A stretch of 64,000 nucleotides of DNA, from the NCBI GenBank assembly GCA_965153455.1, contig OZ234493.1, forward strand, positions 29,998,213 through 30,062,212, read 5' to 3'. Shown piece after piece: positions 23,586-35,800 of this stretch (positions are counted from its first letter, which is position 1; the number at the start of each line of letters is the position of its first letter). This DNA comes from Sphagnum compactum. Its lineage: Eukaryota. The notes beneath the pieces are model-generated. The model did not search any database. It was not told where the DNA came from and saw only the letters and a list, made by a program, of their open reading frames with translations. The translations under genes and the position numbers were made by a program.

Positions 23586-26549
23586 GGTAGATTATCCTTT
23601 GTTTCTTTCAATAAAGTCAAATCATTAAAAGCCAAAATCAAATCATCAACATACAAAGTTATGTCACATAAGAATTTTATTGAATTTTTTAAAAATAAAT
23701 TCATTGTGGTCAACAAAACTCTTTTAAATTTTTTGAGATAAGAAATATGCATTAATCTTGTTCCATTCACAAGGAAATTGCTTCAAACCATACAAGGATT
23801 TTTGAAGCTTACATACCATATTCTCCTTATCATTGACCACAAAGCCTTTTGGTTGTTGCATATATATTTCCTCTAAAAACTTTCCATTCAGAAAACCAAT
23901 TTTAACATCCATTTGATGCACCTCAAGATCTTCAATGGTTACAATTACAAGTAAAGCTTGAATTGATTCCATTCATGCAACATGGGAAAAGGTTTCATAA
24001 AAATCAATACCTTCAACTTGTGTAAATCCCTTGGCCACCAAACGAGCCTTGTGCTTTGCCACAAAGTCGTCAACATTATATTTGATCGTGAAAATCCATT
24101 TCCAATTCACTAGTTTGTGATCAGGTGGAAGAGGAATAAGTATGCAAGTTTTATTGTCTTGTAAAGATTAAAACTTAGAATCCATGGCCTTTTTCCAATG
24201 TTGTGAATCTTCACCATTCAAAGCATCCGCAAAAAAATGGGGTTCATCAACATCAACAAAGAAAACATATGAAAGATTCACATTTTCTTCAACCATTGTT
24301 AGATTTTCTCGCACCTATTGACAAATTCTTTCATCCTCCATCTTTAGTCCTTGATTTAAAATCATATGTTCTGATTCAAAATCCAACCTCAAAACCATTA
24401 TTTCCTCATTAAATTTTTTGGATTCATCAAAAACATCACGATTGATGATAACATATTGGCTTATAGGGTTGTAAAATTTATACCTTTTAAACTTTTCACA
24501 ATAACTAATGAATATGTGCATTTCACACCTTTGAAATCTAACTTTGTCCTTGCTTCATTTAGCACATGAACAAATGCAACACAACCAAAAACATGCGAAT
24601 GACTTTGCACACCAAACCTCTTTTGATTTCATGTTGGAAATTGCCTTGGTAGGGATTCAATTTTGGATATATGTTGCAATTGCCATTACTTCTACCTATA
24701 ATTTATGATCTAACTACATATGTTGTAACATACATCGCACACTTTCAACAAATGTTCGATTATTCCTTTCAACTAAACCATTCCACTTTGGTGTGTATGG
24801 AATTTTTATCTATTTTTCAATGCCATTCTCCTTGTAGAAATATGTATTGAGATTTTAAAAGTTAACTCCCCACCTCCATCACATCTGATTACCTTGATAT
24901 TCTTTCTAGTCTAATTTTCTATCAAAGCTTTGAAAACCTTAATCTTGTTTAACACACCAAATTTAGTTTTAATGTTATAAAGAAATGTCTTCCTAGAGAA
25001 ATCATCAATGAAGGTTAGAAAATACTTTACCCTTTCATGAAATGTGGCCATGAGACCACATAGGTTCACATGCATAAACCCACGAATTTCTTTTGCATGA
25101 GAACCCCCACTCAAAGGAAATGGGGTACAATGGTGTTTACCATACACCTCCATTACAGCGGCAAAATTCAAGTCATGATCTCCATTGAGATCCATGCATT
25201 TAACAAGGTTATTTCTATCCATGGTTGTTAAAATTTGCATATAGACATGTTTGAGTCTTTATGCCACAAATCATTTTTTAAAATATTGGTGCTACATTTT
25301 GCAACCAAGGATTGAGTAATTCTAACCAACTTATATAACTTTCTTTTTTAAACAACTTCAACAACCACTTTTTTTGAATGAGAAGACTTCAACCAACATC
25401 TGGTGGCTTTAAATTCCACCTTAAAGCTTTGCTCTGTAAATTGATTAATCGATAATAGATTTTTTGTCAACTTTGGAACATATGACGCATCTTTAATACA
25501 CTTGGAAATCCCATTTGGCAAGTTGAAGACAATAGTGCCTTCCCACATACATCAAGCATACCATTGTCTCCAAGATATACTTTGTGATTCAAAGTAAATT
25601 ACTCAAAGGTTAAAAATACTTAATTCTGAAAGGTCAAATGTTGTAAAGCTCCAAAATCAGTAAACCATGCATCCCTACAAACTAAAAAAATGGATAAAAC
25701 AATCACAAGAAGTTCAATATTGCTTTTTGTGGTTATTTGTGAAGAACCTTTGAATTTGTTCTTTCAATCTTGTTTCTTCTTGTGACATTCTCTTGTAAAA
25801 TGGCTTTGGTGCCACAATTATAGCAAGCTCTTTTCGTCTCTTGCTTTTCATTTTTGAATTTTCCTTTAATCTACATCCCTTTTGAACTTCCCAAAAACAC
25901 CTTTAACAATTAATGTCTCATGTATTGTACTATGGTTAAATTGCACTTCGCACTTACATCACAATTCTTTTTGCAACAATTGTCCACATACTAACTCCAT
26001 AAACAATTGATCACTGCGAACATTAAGTGAAACCACAAGGGTATGTAAAGATGGTGGCAAATTCCTGAAAAATGTGAATGCCAAATCTTCATAAAAAATT
26101 TGATGATTAATGTTTGTTAACTGATCTGTAATCATCCAAAGCTTGTTAATATGAACTTGCACAAATGTGCTTTCTACATTTTAAGATTGTAAAGCTTTTG
26201 ATGTAATTACAATTTATTGTTAACATGTCTTTTCTCAAATGTTGCACAAAAATTGTCCCATACATCTTTTGCAATTTCTGTACATGCTACATAATGTAAT
26301 AGAGAATCAACAACATTTAAGAATATTGTTCCATGAACCAATTTGTCTTTCTTCATGAATAAACAACGTTCAAGACCACCTCTTTCAAAAACAATTTATA
26401 CAAATTCAACTTTTGGGTGTAATAATTTTCCTAAGGTGATCTCTCACAAATCTTTTTCATGCAGGAGAAATTCCATCTTCATTTTCCATGTATGAAAAGT
26501 ATTACCATTTAACTTTTCAATACTTCAAGCATCAAAAGTGGACGCCATG
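23586..26549 (-). pseudogene. Copia gag-pol 5' part: gag/UBN2, zinc knuckle, protease, integrase, N-terminal RT; many stops and frameshifts
   Basis: ORF fragments: LPPSLHTLVVSL (gag), CYNCG...HFTREC knuckle ~25785-25825, WFTDFGALQHLT protease, YVPKLTKNLLSINQ, KYFLTFIDDFSRK (integrase), VHQMDVKIGFLNG..EEIYMQQPKGF..VCKLQKSLYGLKQ and LYVDDLIL (RT). Confidence 0.92.
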
Positions 26550-26722
26550 ATTGTGAGTTGAACAAATGCCCCAAAACAAAACACTTAAAACTTTAAAACT
26601 TTCAGCAAAATGCTAAAAACACACACACACACACACACACACAATGTTTCAAAGCTTTCAAAAAAGTGTAGAAAACACCTTCAATCATCCTTTCCCTCAA
26701 AAACAACCATGCTCTAATATTA

Positions 26723-27083
26723 TGTTGAAAGTTGACAACATATTGATAAGAAAATAGAGATGATAAAACATTGATTTATCACGAGCTTTTCACCCAACCT
26801 TAAGATCACACAAATACAATTGCTACAAACTTACGATCCACCCTCGAACCCTTGCCTAATCTAAATAGGAGGTGAACACCCTCATGCAAATGTTATTTAT
26901 CTTAGAAGGCACATGGATAAGGTCATCATCTCTTGCATTAATATATTTCACACTAAACTTAACTAGAGATATTTAAGTGAAACTTATTTAACATATCTCA
27001 TAGTCCCAAAAGTACATGTATGTAACACAAATATCTCAAGTAACTATAACTTAAGTAACTTGGCATGAAGTTGATATCCAACA
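26723..27083 (-). repeat. Copia 5' LTR
   Basis: TGTTGAAAGTTGACAA...GTTGATATCCAACA, followed on the minus strand by TAATATTAGAGC (26711-26722), a transition-mutated TGGTATCAGAGC PBS. Confidence 0.93.
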
Positions 27084-27255
27084 ATAAATCTGACGACACC
27101 CTCCCGAGAAAACAGTTTTCCATTAATTTTTAAGTGATTTTTTCCGCTAAAAAGCAATTTATGACAGAAAATTCTATCACACACTCTGTCACCCACTCCC
27201 ATTTGAAATTCCAAGAAAATTCCCTTTTGCCTGACCAAGTGTTCAGGGGTTAATA

Positions 27256-27450
27256 TCTATATATCAAGAAAAGTGAAGTGTTTCTTTGTTTGGATGCAAT
27301 CACACCAAGGCCCTGCCAAGACCCTTTTGGTGCTGTTAGAAAGCCCTCAAACAAGGTGGTGTGCATGTTCATCATTTCACAATTTAGAACCCAACAAAAC
27401 AAAAGCTGTCATATTTAGAGTAACTTTCCTCTGAAAATTAAAAATTATTT
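27256..27450 (+). mobile_element. 5' fragment of the same Helitron-like family
   Basis: A|TCTATATATCAAGAAAAG start, followed by TTGGTGCTGTTAGAAAGCCCTC, the reverse complement of the block in 12420-12610 and 39070-39100. Confidence 0.45.
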
Positions 27451-27748
27451 AAAAAGAAGGTTTTCTCACAAGAAGTCTGAAGTTAAGTCCATTTTGACTG
27501 GAATAGTATTGGGAGTGGGGATTTGACACAAGCAGAATTTGACAAAGTAATTGCACTCTGGTGCTTAATAGTGATCAACATACAAGTCAAGCAAAGAAAA
27601 AAGGACTGTTGTACTCAAGGAACAGTCACAAAACTGTCCTGGTGTGTGCCATTGTAGTGCTTGGTGCTATCACTACACAAGAATCAGAGCTAAACAAAGT
27701 CCCACCAGTTTTGCAAGCAAATATTTGGGAGTTCATTTTGTATATGAG

Positions 27749-30521
27749 TCATTCTTTACTTTGCTCTTTACTTGGAGTTAGCCTTTGAATCATTTCAACA
27801 AACCAGTCCTGCACCTGAAGCCCTTTGAGGTCAGAATCCTCACTGAGATCCTTAGCAGATATGGCATCAACTTGTGCTAACTGATGTAATGCCTTGGAAG
27901 CATTGTCTTGTTGACCAGCAAGTGCAGCTGCACATGCCAGATTGTATAATGCATCACATTGCTCTTCAAAGTTCAAAGTGTACTCTCCCTGTGTGTCTGC
28001 AAACAAACCCCCATTACCCGAATAAGACAGCCATTCAGTAACTGATTGGTTAACCAACACACCACAACTCTGAAATATTCCAGTGGTCTCCTTGTGATTA
28101 TTTGCACATCCAATACAAAGCTGGTCCTTAAGAGGGTACTAAAAACATTCACCAAAAATAGAAGGAACTACAAAGATGACCTGCTGAAAGGAGCTTTACA
28201 GCTTGCAAGAATGCATCAGAACTTTGCACCCAGTGAATCATTGCATTTGCAGGGTTCCCTGACTCATGCAGAAGCTTTCCTGCAGCCAGATGTGCATCAC
28301 CTAACCCCAACAGTGCCTCAATGTTTGATGAATTTATTTTCAGTGCTGCACCAAAACCATCATTCACTGCTTCCTCCAGAAGTTTCAGTACCTGGAATCT
28401 TACCAAAGAAGAATTAGGATTTGATGACAATTTTCAAATACCTGCTAAGGTTTGTTTTAATCATTGAAATCATCTTCTCACACTAGGATTTTTGGGGTTG
28501 TTATCGATGGCAACAAGAACACAGATATCACACTCTAAAGAATGAGACCTCAGGTTGGAGAGCTGGGTGGTTTCCAAAACGCTCAGCTTGAATGCAAAGA
28601 GTTTCTCCAAGTGCAATGGGGAGGCTTGCATCAGTGGGTCGGAAGCTAATGGCAGACCGGAGCTTCTCTTGCGCTCCCTTGTATGCCTCCTTGGATTCTT
28701 CCAAGTCTGGTGTTCGCTGAAACCCAAAGCTCAGAAAGTCAGGTGACTACAAAAAAAAAGACTGAAGATCCAAAACAATAGCATGTTCCAAGAAGATAGG
28801 CTTTACCTCTGCCAGTGACAATAGACCAGCACCCCAGTTCTGAAGCAAACCAGCCACATCATCACCCACCCGGGCATCAGCATGGGCACATGCAGCAGCA
28901 TATGCCTGCAACCCTCGCTCATACAGTGCTCTTACTGCAGCCCAGGTTTCTTGTGAGCCACTAGGAGCCCCACTTTGCTGCACTGATGTGGCAGTCAGCT
29001 CTGCACGTTGCACACAGATGTCTCCCACATTTGTCAGAAGCTCCACATCTTCAGGAGTACTTGTCAAGGCCTCTGCATATCTGTTCTGTACAATACACCA
29101 AGAGTTATGGAATAAGCATACCGTGGGTGAATTTCATTAGACTAATCAGGGCCTTGAGACGGGCAACCTGTGTCAGGGATATTTGAAGCCCATGTAATAT
29201 CCTCAACAACACATTTAGCCACATCCTTGGACTAAAGAGATTTGTCACAGCATCAAATTCGACCTAATCTCTTACCATTAGATCTTACCTCTTTGTCTGC
29301 CTCACTGTATCACTCTGCAGCAGCAGCAGTTCAGCAACACCACCTCCATTCTCCTCAGGAATGCATGCTAGAAGAGAAGCCCAAATCACACAGAGATCTT
29401 ACCTCTTGTCTGCCTCATTGTATCGCTCTGCAGCAGCAGCAATACCACCTCCGTTCTCCTCAGAAATGCTTGCTAGAAGAGAGGCCCAATCACACAGAGA
29501 ATTGCCAGAGTTAACAAGAGCTTCCTGCTTCAGCTCTCCACAACCCTCCAAAGCCCACACCCTCTCATACATCTCAAAGCTTTGCCTGCATGATTCGTAC
29601 ATATGGAAAAACCATGTATAAAAATTCCAATTCAGAGACAGACTTTGAGATATAAAACTGCTTTCTTTGGTGTCTATGGACAACCATCCACCATCTTGAG
29701 AAAAACTGGAAAAACTCCACAGATATGATGCTCAAAAGACAAATACTTGCAGGTTCAATCAAACTATGTCTCTCTCACCTGCTGAGATTTGCTGCATTAA
29801 TAGAGATCTGATGTTGCAGGTCCAGAGCTTGATCTTTCTTGATCTTCCCTCTAAAAGGGCTACCTGCCTCAATAGCCCTCCTGGCCTGCAACGAGCTTGA
29901 CCATAGTAGGAAGACCTCACCCTGATCATCAAAGACACAACACAGATCTTATGAAATACTGAATGCCTAAAAGATAAAGCTCTAAACCCTTAACCTCTGC
30001 CTAATTGAAACCCCAAACCCTAATAACCAGCTTTCCAACACAAGAGAAACTGCTCCTAGGGATTGGATTACGAGGTCAAAGAGAGCTTCGTCTTGGATGG
30101 GCAGAGAGAAGAAACTGCTCATAGAGGGATTGGGCTTACGAGGTCAAAGAGAGCTTCTTCTTGGATGGGCAGGGAGAGAGGCAAATTGAGGGCATTTTGG
30201 AAAAGTCGAGCACTTTGCTCCAATGTTGCCTGCTTGCTGACTATCCCATCTGGCTTCCTTTCTGCTGCCTGCTTCAACCTCCTGGCCTCTGCATGTGCAA
30301 CCAAAAACCCCCCAATTCCCCCCCCCATCAATACCCACGTTCTACTACTCCATCTCTATTGCCGAAATCACCAAACAACCACTAAAGATGTTGAAAAAAA
30401 CGTTTCAGGGAATGAAAAGAACACCTGCGAGAATGGCAGTTGCTGTTGCTGGAGCAACAGCGGCAGAATTTGACGAATTTCGGGGTCGTGCACCACTTCT
30501 AGAGCTATGGTTGGGTGCCAT
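27749..30521 (-). CDS. TPR-like alpha-helical repeat protein, 8 coding exons, ~505 aa, function unknown
   Basis: In-frame GT-AG exons 30521-30425, 30288-30140, 29921-29779, 29585-29403, 29080-28807, 28716-28549, 28391-28181, 28041-27749. TPR-like segments ALVNSGNSLCDWA, YAEALTSTPEDVELLTNVGD, LLQNWGAGLLSLAE, ALKINSSNIEALLGLGDAHL. C-terminal ALYNLACAAALAG...DLSEDSDLKGL. Confidence 0.85.
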
Positions 30522-31359
30522 CCAGCTGCAGCGCCAATGCAACGTCCGCGCACAAGCACACGCCAGTCCACACGGCGGGCGTGAAGGCGGAGGCGGCAGC
30601 AGCAGCAGCAGCAGAATGGGTCGCTCCTGTCGATTCTACCATCAGAATTGGTCACCCTAATTGGACGTAAACCAGCAAGAACATTCAAGATGGGTCGCTC
30701 TTGTCGATTCTACCACAGAATTTTTCACCCTAATTCTGTGGATGTAAAACATCAGGAACAATTCTAAAATCATTAGTAGGAAAATCCCAGAACCTCCAAA
30801 ACAAAACCTCTGGTTGTCTGATACCCTCTGACAAGAAAATCCATATATCCAGAAATTACCCTCCGGTTCCCAAAAGCTTGTGCTCAATCAATTTGTTGTT
30901 GGGTTGGGTCCCAAAATTTTCAATCTTAGTTTAAACTTTGACATATAAATAAATCTCTATAATAAAAATATTGTTTTATCTATTTGTTTATAATGTCCTT
31001 TATTATACCTACCTTTTCCGAGCCTAAATATTTCACTCTTTCCCTATTAACTACCTCATTTCTTTTCTCCTACCCACTTACATAATGAATATGAAAAAAA
31101 ATTTAATATGGGCCTTTTTTCCTTTTCATGTTATGAATATTAAAAGAATTCAAAACCCTACCTCTTTCAATCCTATCTACATACATACTTCCATTAGAAA
31201 TAAACAATTTACTAAATGAAAATTTGATCCCTTTTATTCAATTTTGCAAAGTATGTGGTGAGAGATTTGAAAGGCAAAACCATATTGGGTCTAGGGTTTC
31301 AAATCTCTGCTTTGCTCAAAAATTCATTTTTAATTGATTGATTCACTTCATATCCTAAT

Positions 31360-31900
31360 TTTGGGCAATCTAAAATCTAAAAATTTGGGGATTTATGTAT
31401 TTGTATGTAAACTAATCCAAATTTCAACTCACTCCATATAATCTTGCCTTTAGTGTCTTCTACAATCTAGCATCTAACATTTTGGGTCTTTTACCAATTC
31501 CATGTAAAAATAACCTATTTCAGCTGGCTTGATAATCTTACCTTTAAAGTCATTTGCAATTTTAAATCTAAAATTTTGGTGCTTTTTCAACTGTATATTA
31601 AAATAATCCATTTCAACTCACTTGATAATTTTACCTTTTAAGATTTTCTACAATCAAACATCTAAAAATTTGTACAATTGTATGTAAAAGTAATCTAGTT
31701 CAACTCACTCCATAATCTCACCCTAAATTTTTTTTTTGCAATCTAATAATAATATCTAAATATTTAGTGCCTTTTTTTCCCCTTTGTAATGTAAATGACT
31801 AGAACCTCCTTGGTTTTTTTCCATTTACAAAATAATCCATTTCAACTACCTAACTTGAAAATCATATCCTACAGGTATTCAACAATGTAAATGTAAGCCA
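31360..31900. repeat. Degenerate ~95-bp tandem repeat between the divergent TPR and PITP genes
   Basis: Recurring TGTAAAATAATCCATTTCAACTCAC..ATAATCTTACCTTT..CTACAATC..ATCTAAAAATTT, about 5 copies plus one at ~32150-32260. Confidence 0.7.
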
Positions 31901-32586
31901 AAAAAAATTGCCCAAAATTTTGCATTTATGTGCCACTTAAAAATTAAAAAAACCTTTTAATTCATCACATTAATTATGTGGAGAAAAACGTGGAAGTCAC
32001 CATATGAAAATTTCTAGAAAATGTTTACTGCCTTGTCTGACCAACCTATAGCCAAATTTGGCTCTTTCCCTCTTGTGAATGGTCGCCAAATTGTGGTGTA
32101 ACCCCCAAAATTGGAAAAGGCAAAAAAAAACCCTTAATGTAATAATAATAATTTGGTGCCTTTTTAAAATTTTTTTTCACATATTTGTAAGTAAATAAAT
32201 ATAACCTATTTCAAATCACGTGATAATTGACTTAACCCTAAAAAAATATTCCTACAAATATTCAGAGATGTGGAACTTGGGGTTCACTTTTCAATGACTT
32301 TCCTTCTTCATTGCAATCTGAAGTGAGGGAGGTGCTGCAGAAGAAGAAGAAGTAAGAAGAAGAAGAAGAAGAAGAAGACATCAACAGGACAGATTTGGGC
32401 AGAAAGAATGGATTTGGAGTGTTGGGTGATGAAGATTCTTGGACCAAAGTTGCATCAGATGCTTGCTTGTCTTTGACGACACCAATTTGGAGTCAGATCT
32501 CAACTTATCTAGAGCTTGGAGGAGGAGCAGGAGGAGAAGGGACAAGTGGGTGGGTGGAGTTGGAGGCTGACCATAATCTCATCGTC

Positions 32587-32833
32587 ATGGTGCAAATCAC
32601 AGAGTTGTATCTTTCTTCTCTTAAAAGCCTTTTGCAATTGCACAGAAGAAGGAAATCAATCAGTAACAACAACAGCACACCTAGTGAAAGATGTTCATGA
32701 TGATGATGCCCAACCCACTTAATGAAATTTGTTTTTGCTTCAATTAGATTTATCTTTCTCGGTTGGGAATTCTGATTTTGTTTCTTGGGTAGTAGTGAGA
32801 GATGATTATTTTTCAGATTAGAAGGCTAGTAGC

Positions 32834-32874
<41 letters not shown>

Positions 32875-35800
32875 AGAAGAAGAAGAAGAAGAAGATGAAG
32901 AAACATAAGTATGGTGGTAGAGTGCATAAAGAAGAATCAAAACTATTGGGTGTGAAAAACTTGACAAGGATTTTACTGGTGTGGTTGTGTTGGTACCTGT
33001 GAAGTCGGGTGGTGATGCCATTGTCAGTGGAGGAGGTTAGCTTTCTTTGAGACTTCTTTCATTTTCTGGATCAATTTGTGGGTGGTAGTTTTTTGGTCCA
33101 CCGATGGGTTTTTTTGTAAATCAACAAGACTAAAACATGCAGAGGGATGAAGAAGAAACACTTGCAAAGACATTCAGGGTAAGTTATTTTCTGTTTTCAG
33201 TTTTTGCCAGAGGAGTACAGAAACAGAGAAATGAGAGGACTCGGTTGGACTTAAGGTTTTTAGGGTTTGGGGGATTTTTGCCTGCAGTACAAGATAGCCC
33301 AAATGTACATGGTTACCAAAATGCAGCAGCAGCAGACAAGTGGTGGTGCAGATGAGGGTGTTGAAGTATTGGTGAATGAACCTTTTGAAACTGAAGAATT
33401 TGGGAAGGGTCAGTTCACCTCCAAGATCTACCATTTGCAAAGGTACCAGCAATAAGTGCAATTCCATCATATCAAAGAAAATGTTTTTTCCGTCTTCTGT
33501 GGAGCACGATTCGATGCTTCAGATTGCAAATTTAGGGTTGGGATTTGATTTTCTGCAAAAAAATTGGTGGGATTCTTTTTTGGTTTCGGCTGCAGCAAAC
33601 TTCCTTCATGGCTGGCTGCATTTGCGCCCTTGAATTCTATGTTAATAGAGGAAGAAGCGTGGAATGCATATCCCAAGTGCAAAACAGGTTGCATCTCCTT
33701 CCATGTCCCTTTTGAAGATCAGCTGCTTAAGAAATGTATGTAGTTTCTGAACTCATTCAATTGGTACAAATGAGAACAGGGATTTGTGATCTCATGCTGT
33801 GTCATCTGACTGAGGCAAAAATATGTTTGTGGTTTTTCATTTTTTGCATGTGCTGGCAATTTTTTCACAACCCATTGCTGATGACTATCCAGTTCTCAAG
33901 GTTTGGCCATCCCCCCTGCTGGTCTATCTTTCTGCTTCTTTAGGGAATCATGCATAGCAACAAAGGATAGACTGTCAGAAGTACAAGGTAGACAAGCCCA
34001 TCAAAAGCTAGTCAAGTACCTTAGAAAACTGTAGAAAACCATAGAAAACCCAACTACAGAAGCTTTTGACAGGTGTTAAGATTTTGAGAAGTGGCTCTGA
34101 CATGGTATTCTGTAGTGTCCATACTTTGGCAGGTTCAAGCTTACAATTGAGAGCATCCATCTCTCTGACAATGGCCGTTCTCCCAACGTGTGTAAAAATC
34201 TGTCTATTGATGCATGTTTTGCTGTAATTTTTGTTCCACTTACTGATCACCACACTTTCCAAGTTGGGCTTCCATCTTGGGTGATAAAACTTTAAGCTTA
34301 TTAATCTGCAGTTTTATTTCCACTCTAAGAAAATGGGTTTGTGCACAGGTGCACAATCTGGATGCTGATGCTTTAGCATTAAGGAAAGTGGAGACACTGG
34401 ACATTGGCACAAATGCAAGGGACTATTGGACCTATGTTGTTGGGGGTCCAGAAATTGATCTCACAAATTTCTGTTCAGCAAAGAAACAACGTGGGCCCCT
34501 AACTCAGGGCTGGCAGGTCTGATCTTTTTCACTTATTTCACACACATGGGATTTGTTTCTTGCCATTTTATATCACAAAATGTCAGTGGGTGCAGTGTTG
34601 TTTGGTTATTTGAATTTTTAAAGAACTGCTGGTTCTGGTTCTTTAACTATTCCAGAATCAAAAGAACCACTGGTTCCAGTTACTTCAAAAACCTTACAGA
34701 ACCAGTTGGTTTCATGAAAGAACCCGGTTCTTTGACTTTTTTCATATTTTTTGCATATACAGGGACATGCTAAAATGAAATAAAAGCTCTTTCCTTCAGA
34801 AGCTTGTTGCAGCTTGAATGAGGATACTGTTGACTTTTTTGATTAGCAATGTCTCTTGAGTGCTAGCCAACGTCATGTCTGAGTCTTCCCATTGCTTCCG
34901 GAAAGGCAACAGAAGCTCAGGACGCAGATTGTGTATAATGGTTTGCCCAAGTTTTTGGGAAGATTATTATATGCTTATCTACACCCACTGTTGGGAGCTG
35001 ATGAACTCAGTGGGTAGTCATGGCAGCTTGTCACTGCCGTTCATGATGAAGGTGATGGTCTGTCACTTTGTGAGCGACTCTCATGAGGTTATGACTGCAC
35101 TCATTGTCGTGTTACCTTTAATTGTTGTTGTGGAGATTTCTCTGCAACTTCATCAATCTTTTTCATATTTTTTGAGAACTGTGGTTATGTACCAAAACCA
35201 ATTCTTTGAATTTTTTGAAAACTGGTGGGTAACTGCATGTATACCCGGGCTGATAACTGGAGGGTATCTACCCCTAATTCTAGGAATCACCAATCACTAG
35301 GCGTGTCTCAGCATTTCTTGAACAATGGATCCAGAGAAGGTGTGTACTTATGTGGGGGTTCAGGTATGCAGGAAACGTGTGATCCTGTTATGACAGCTTA
35401 CAAACTAGTTACTGTGGATGCACCATACTGGGGTTTTGGCTACCGTCTTGAACAGGCAGCCTTAGCAGTATGTTCTCAAACTTTGTTTGTGTTTTAATCT
35501 TAAGATTCACTCCTGGAGCACTCTTTCAGAGGTGCCAGAAAAACAACCTTGGTTTTTTTTTCGGTTTCCACTGGTCTTAAGAGGTATTGGTTGTTTGCAG
35601 GGGGAGAGATCTCTGTTCCTTGAGAGTCATAAACAATGTATTTATTGGCTTGATGAGTGGTGTGACCTCACATTTGAGGATGTAAGGCAACTAGAAGTTG
35701 CAACTGATGCGGCACTGAATCAGGTTTGTTGCATCAACCCACCACCCAATTTTTCAAAGTTCACCAAATCAGGTTTGTTTGCATCAACCTGTTACCCAAA

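Larger units (their letters stand above)
14822..27083 (-). mobile_element. Full-length decayed Ty1/Copia LTR retrotransposon (with nested CACTA)
   Basis: Two ~360-bp LTRs TGTTG...CCAACA and a 5-bp TSD ATAAA (14817-14821 and 27084-27088). Decayed tRNA-iMet PBS and PPT-like tract. Minus-strand order gag-protease-integrase-RT-RNaseH. The flanks rejoin into a dispersed repeat also seen inverted at ~43550-43710. Confidence 0.95.
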
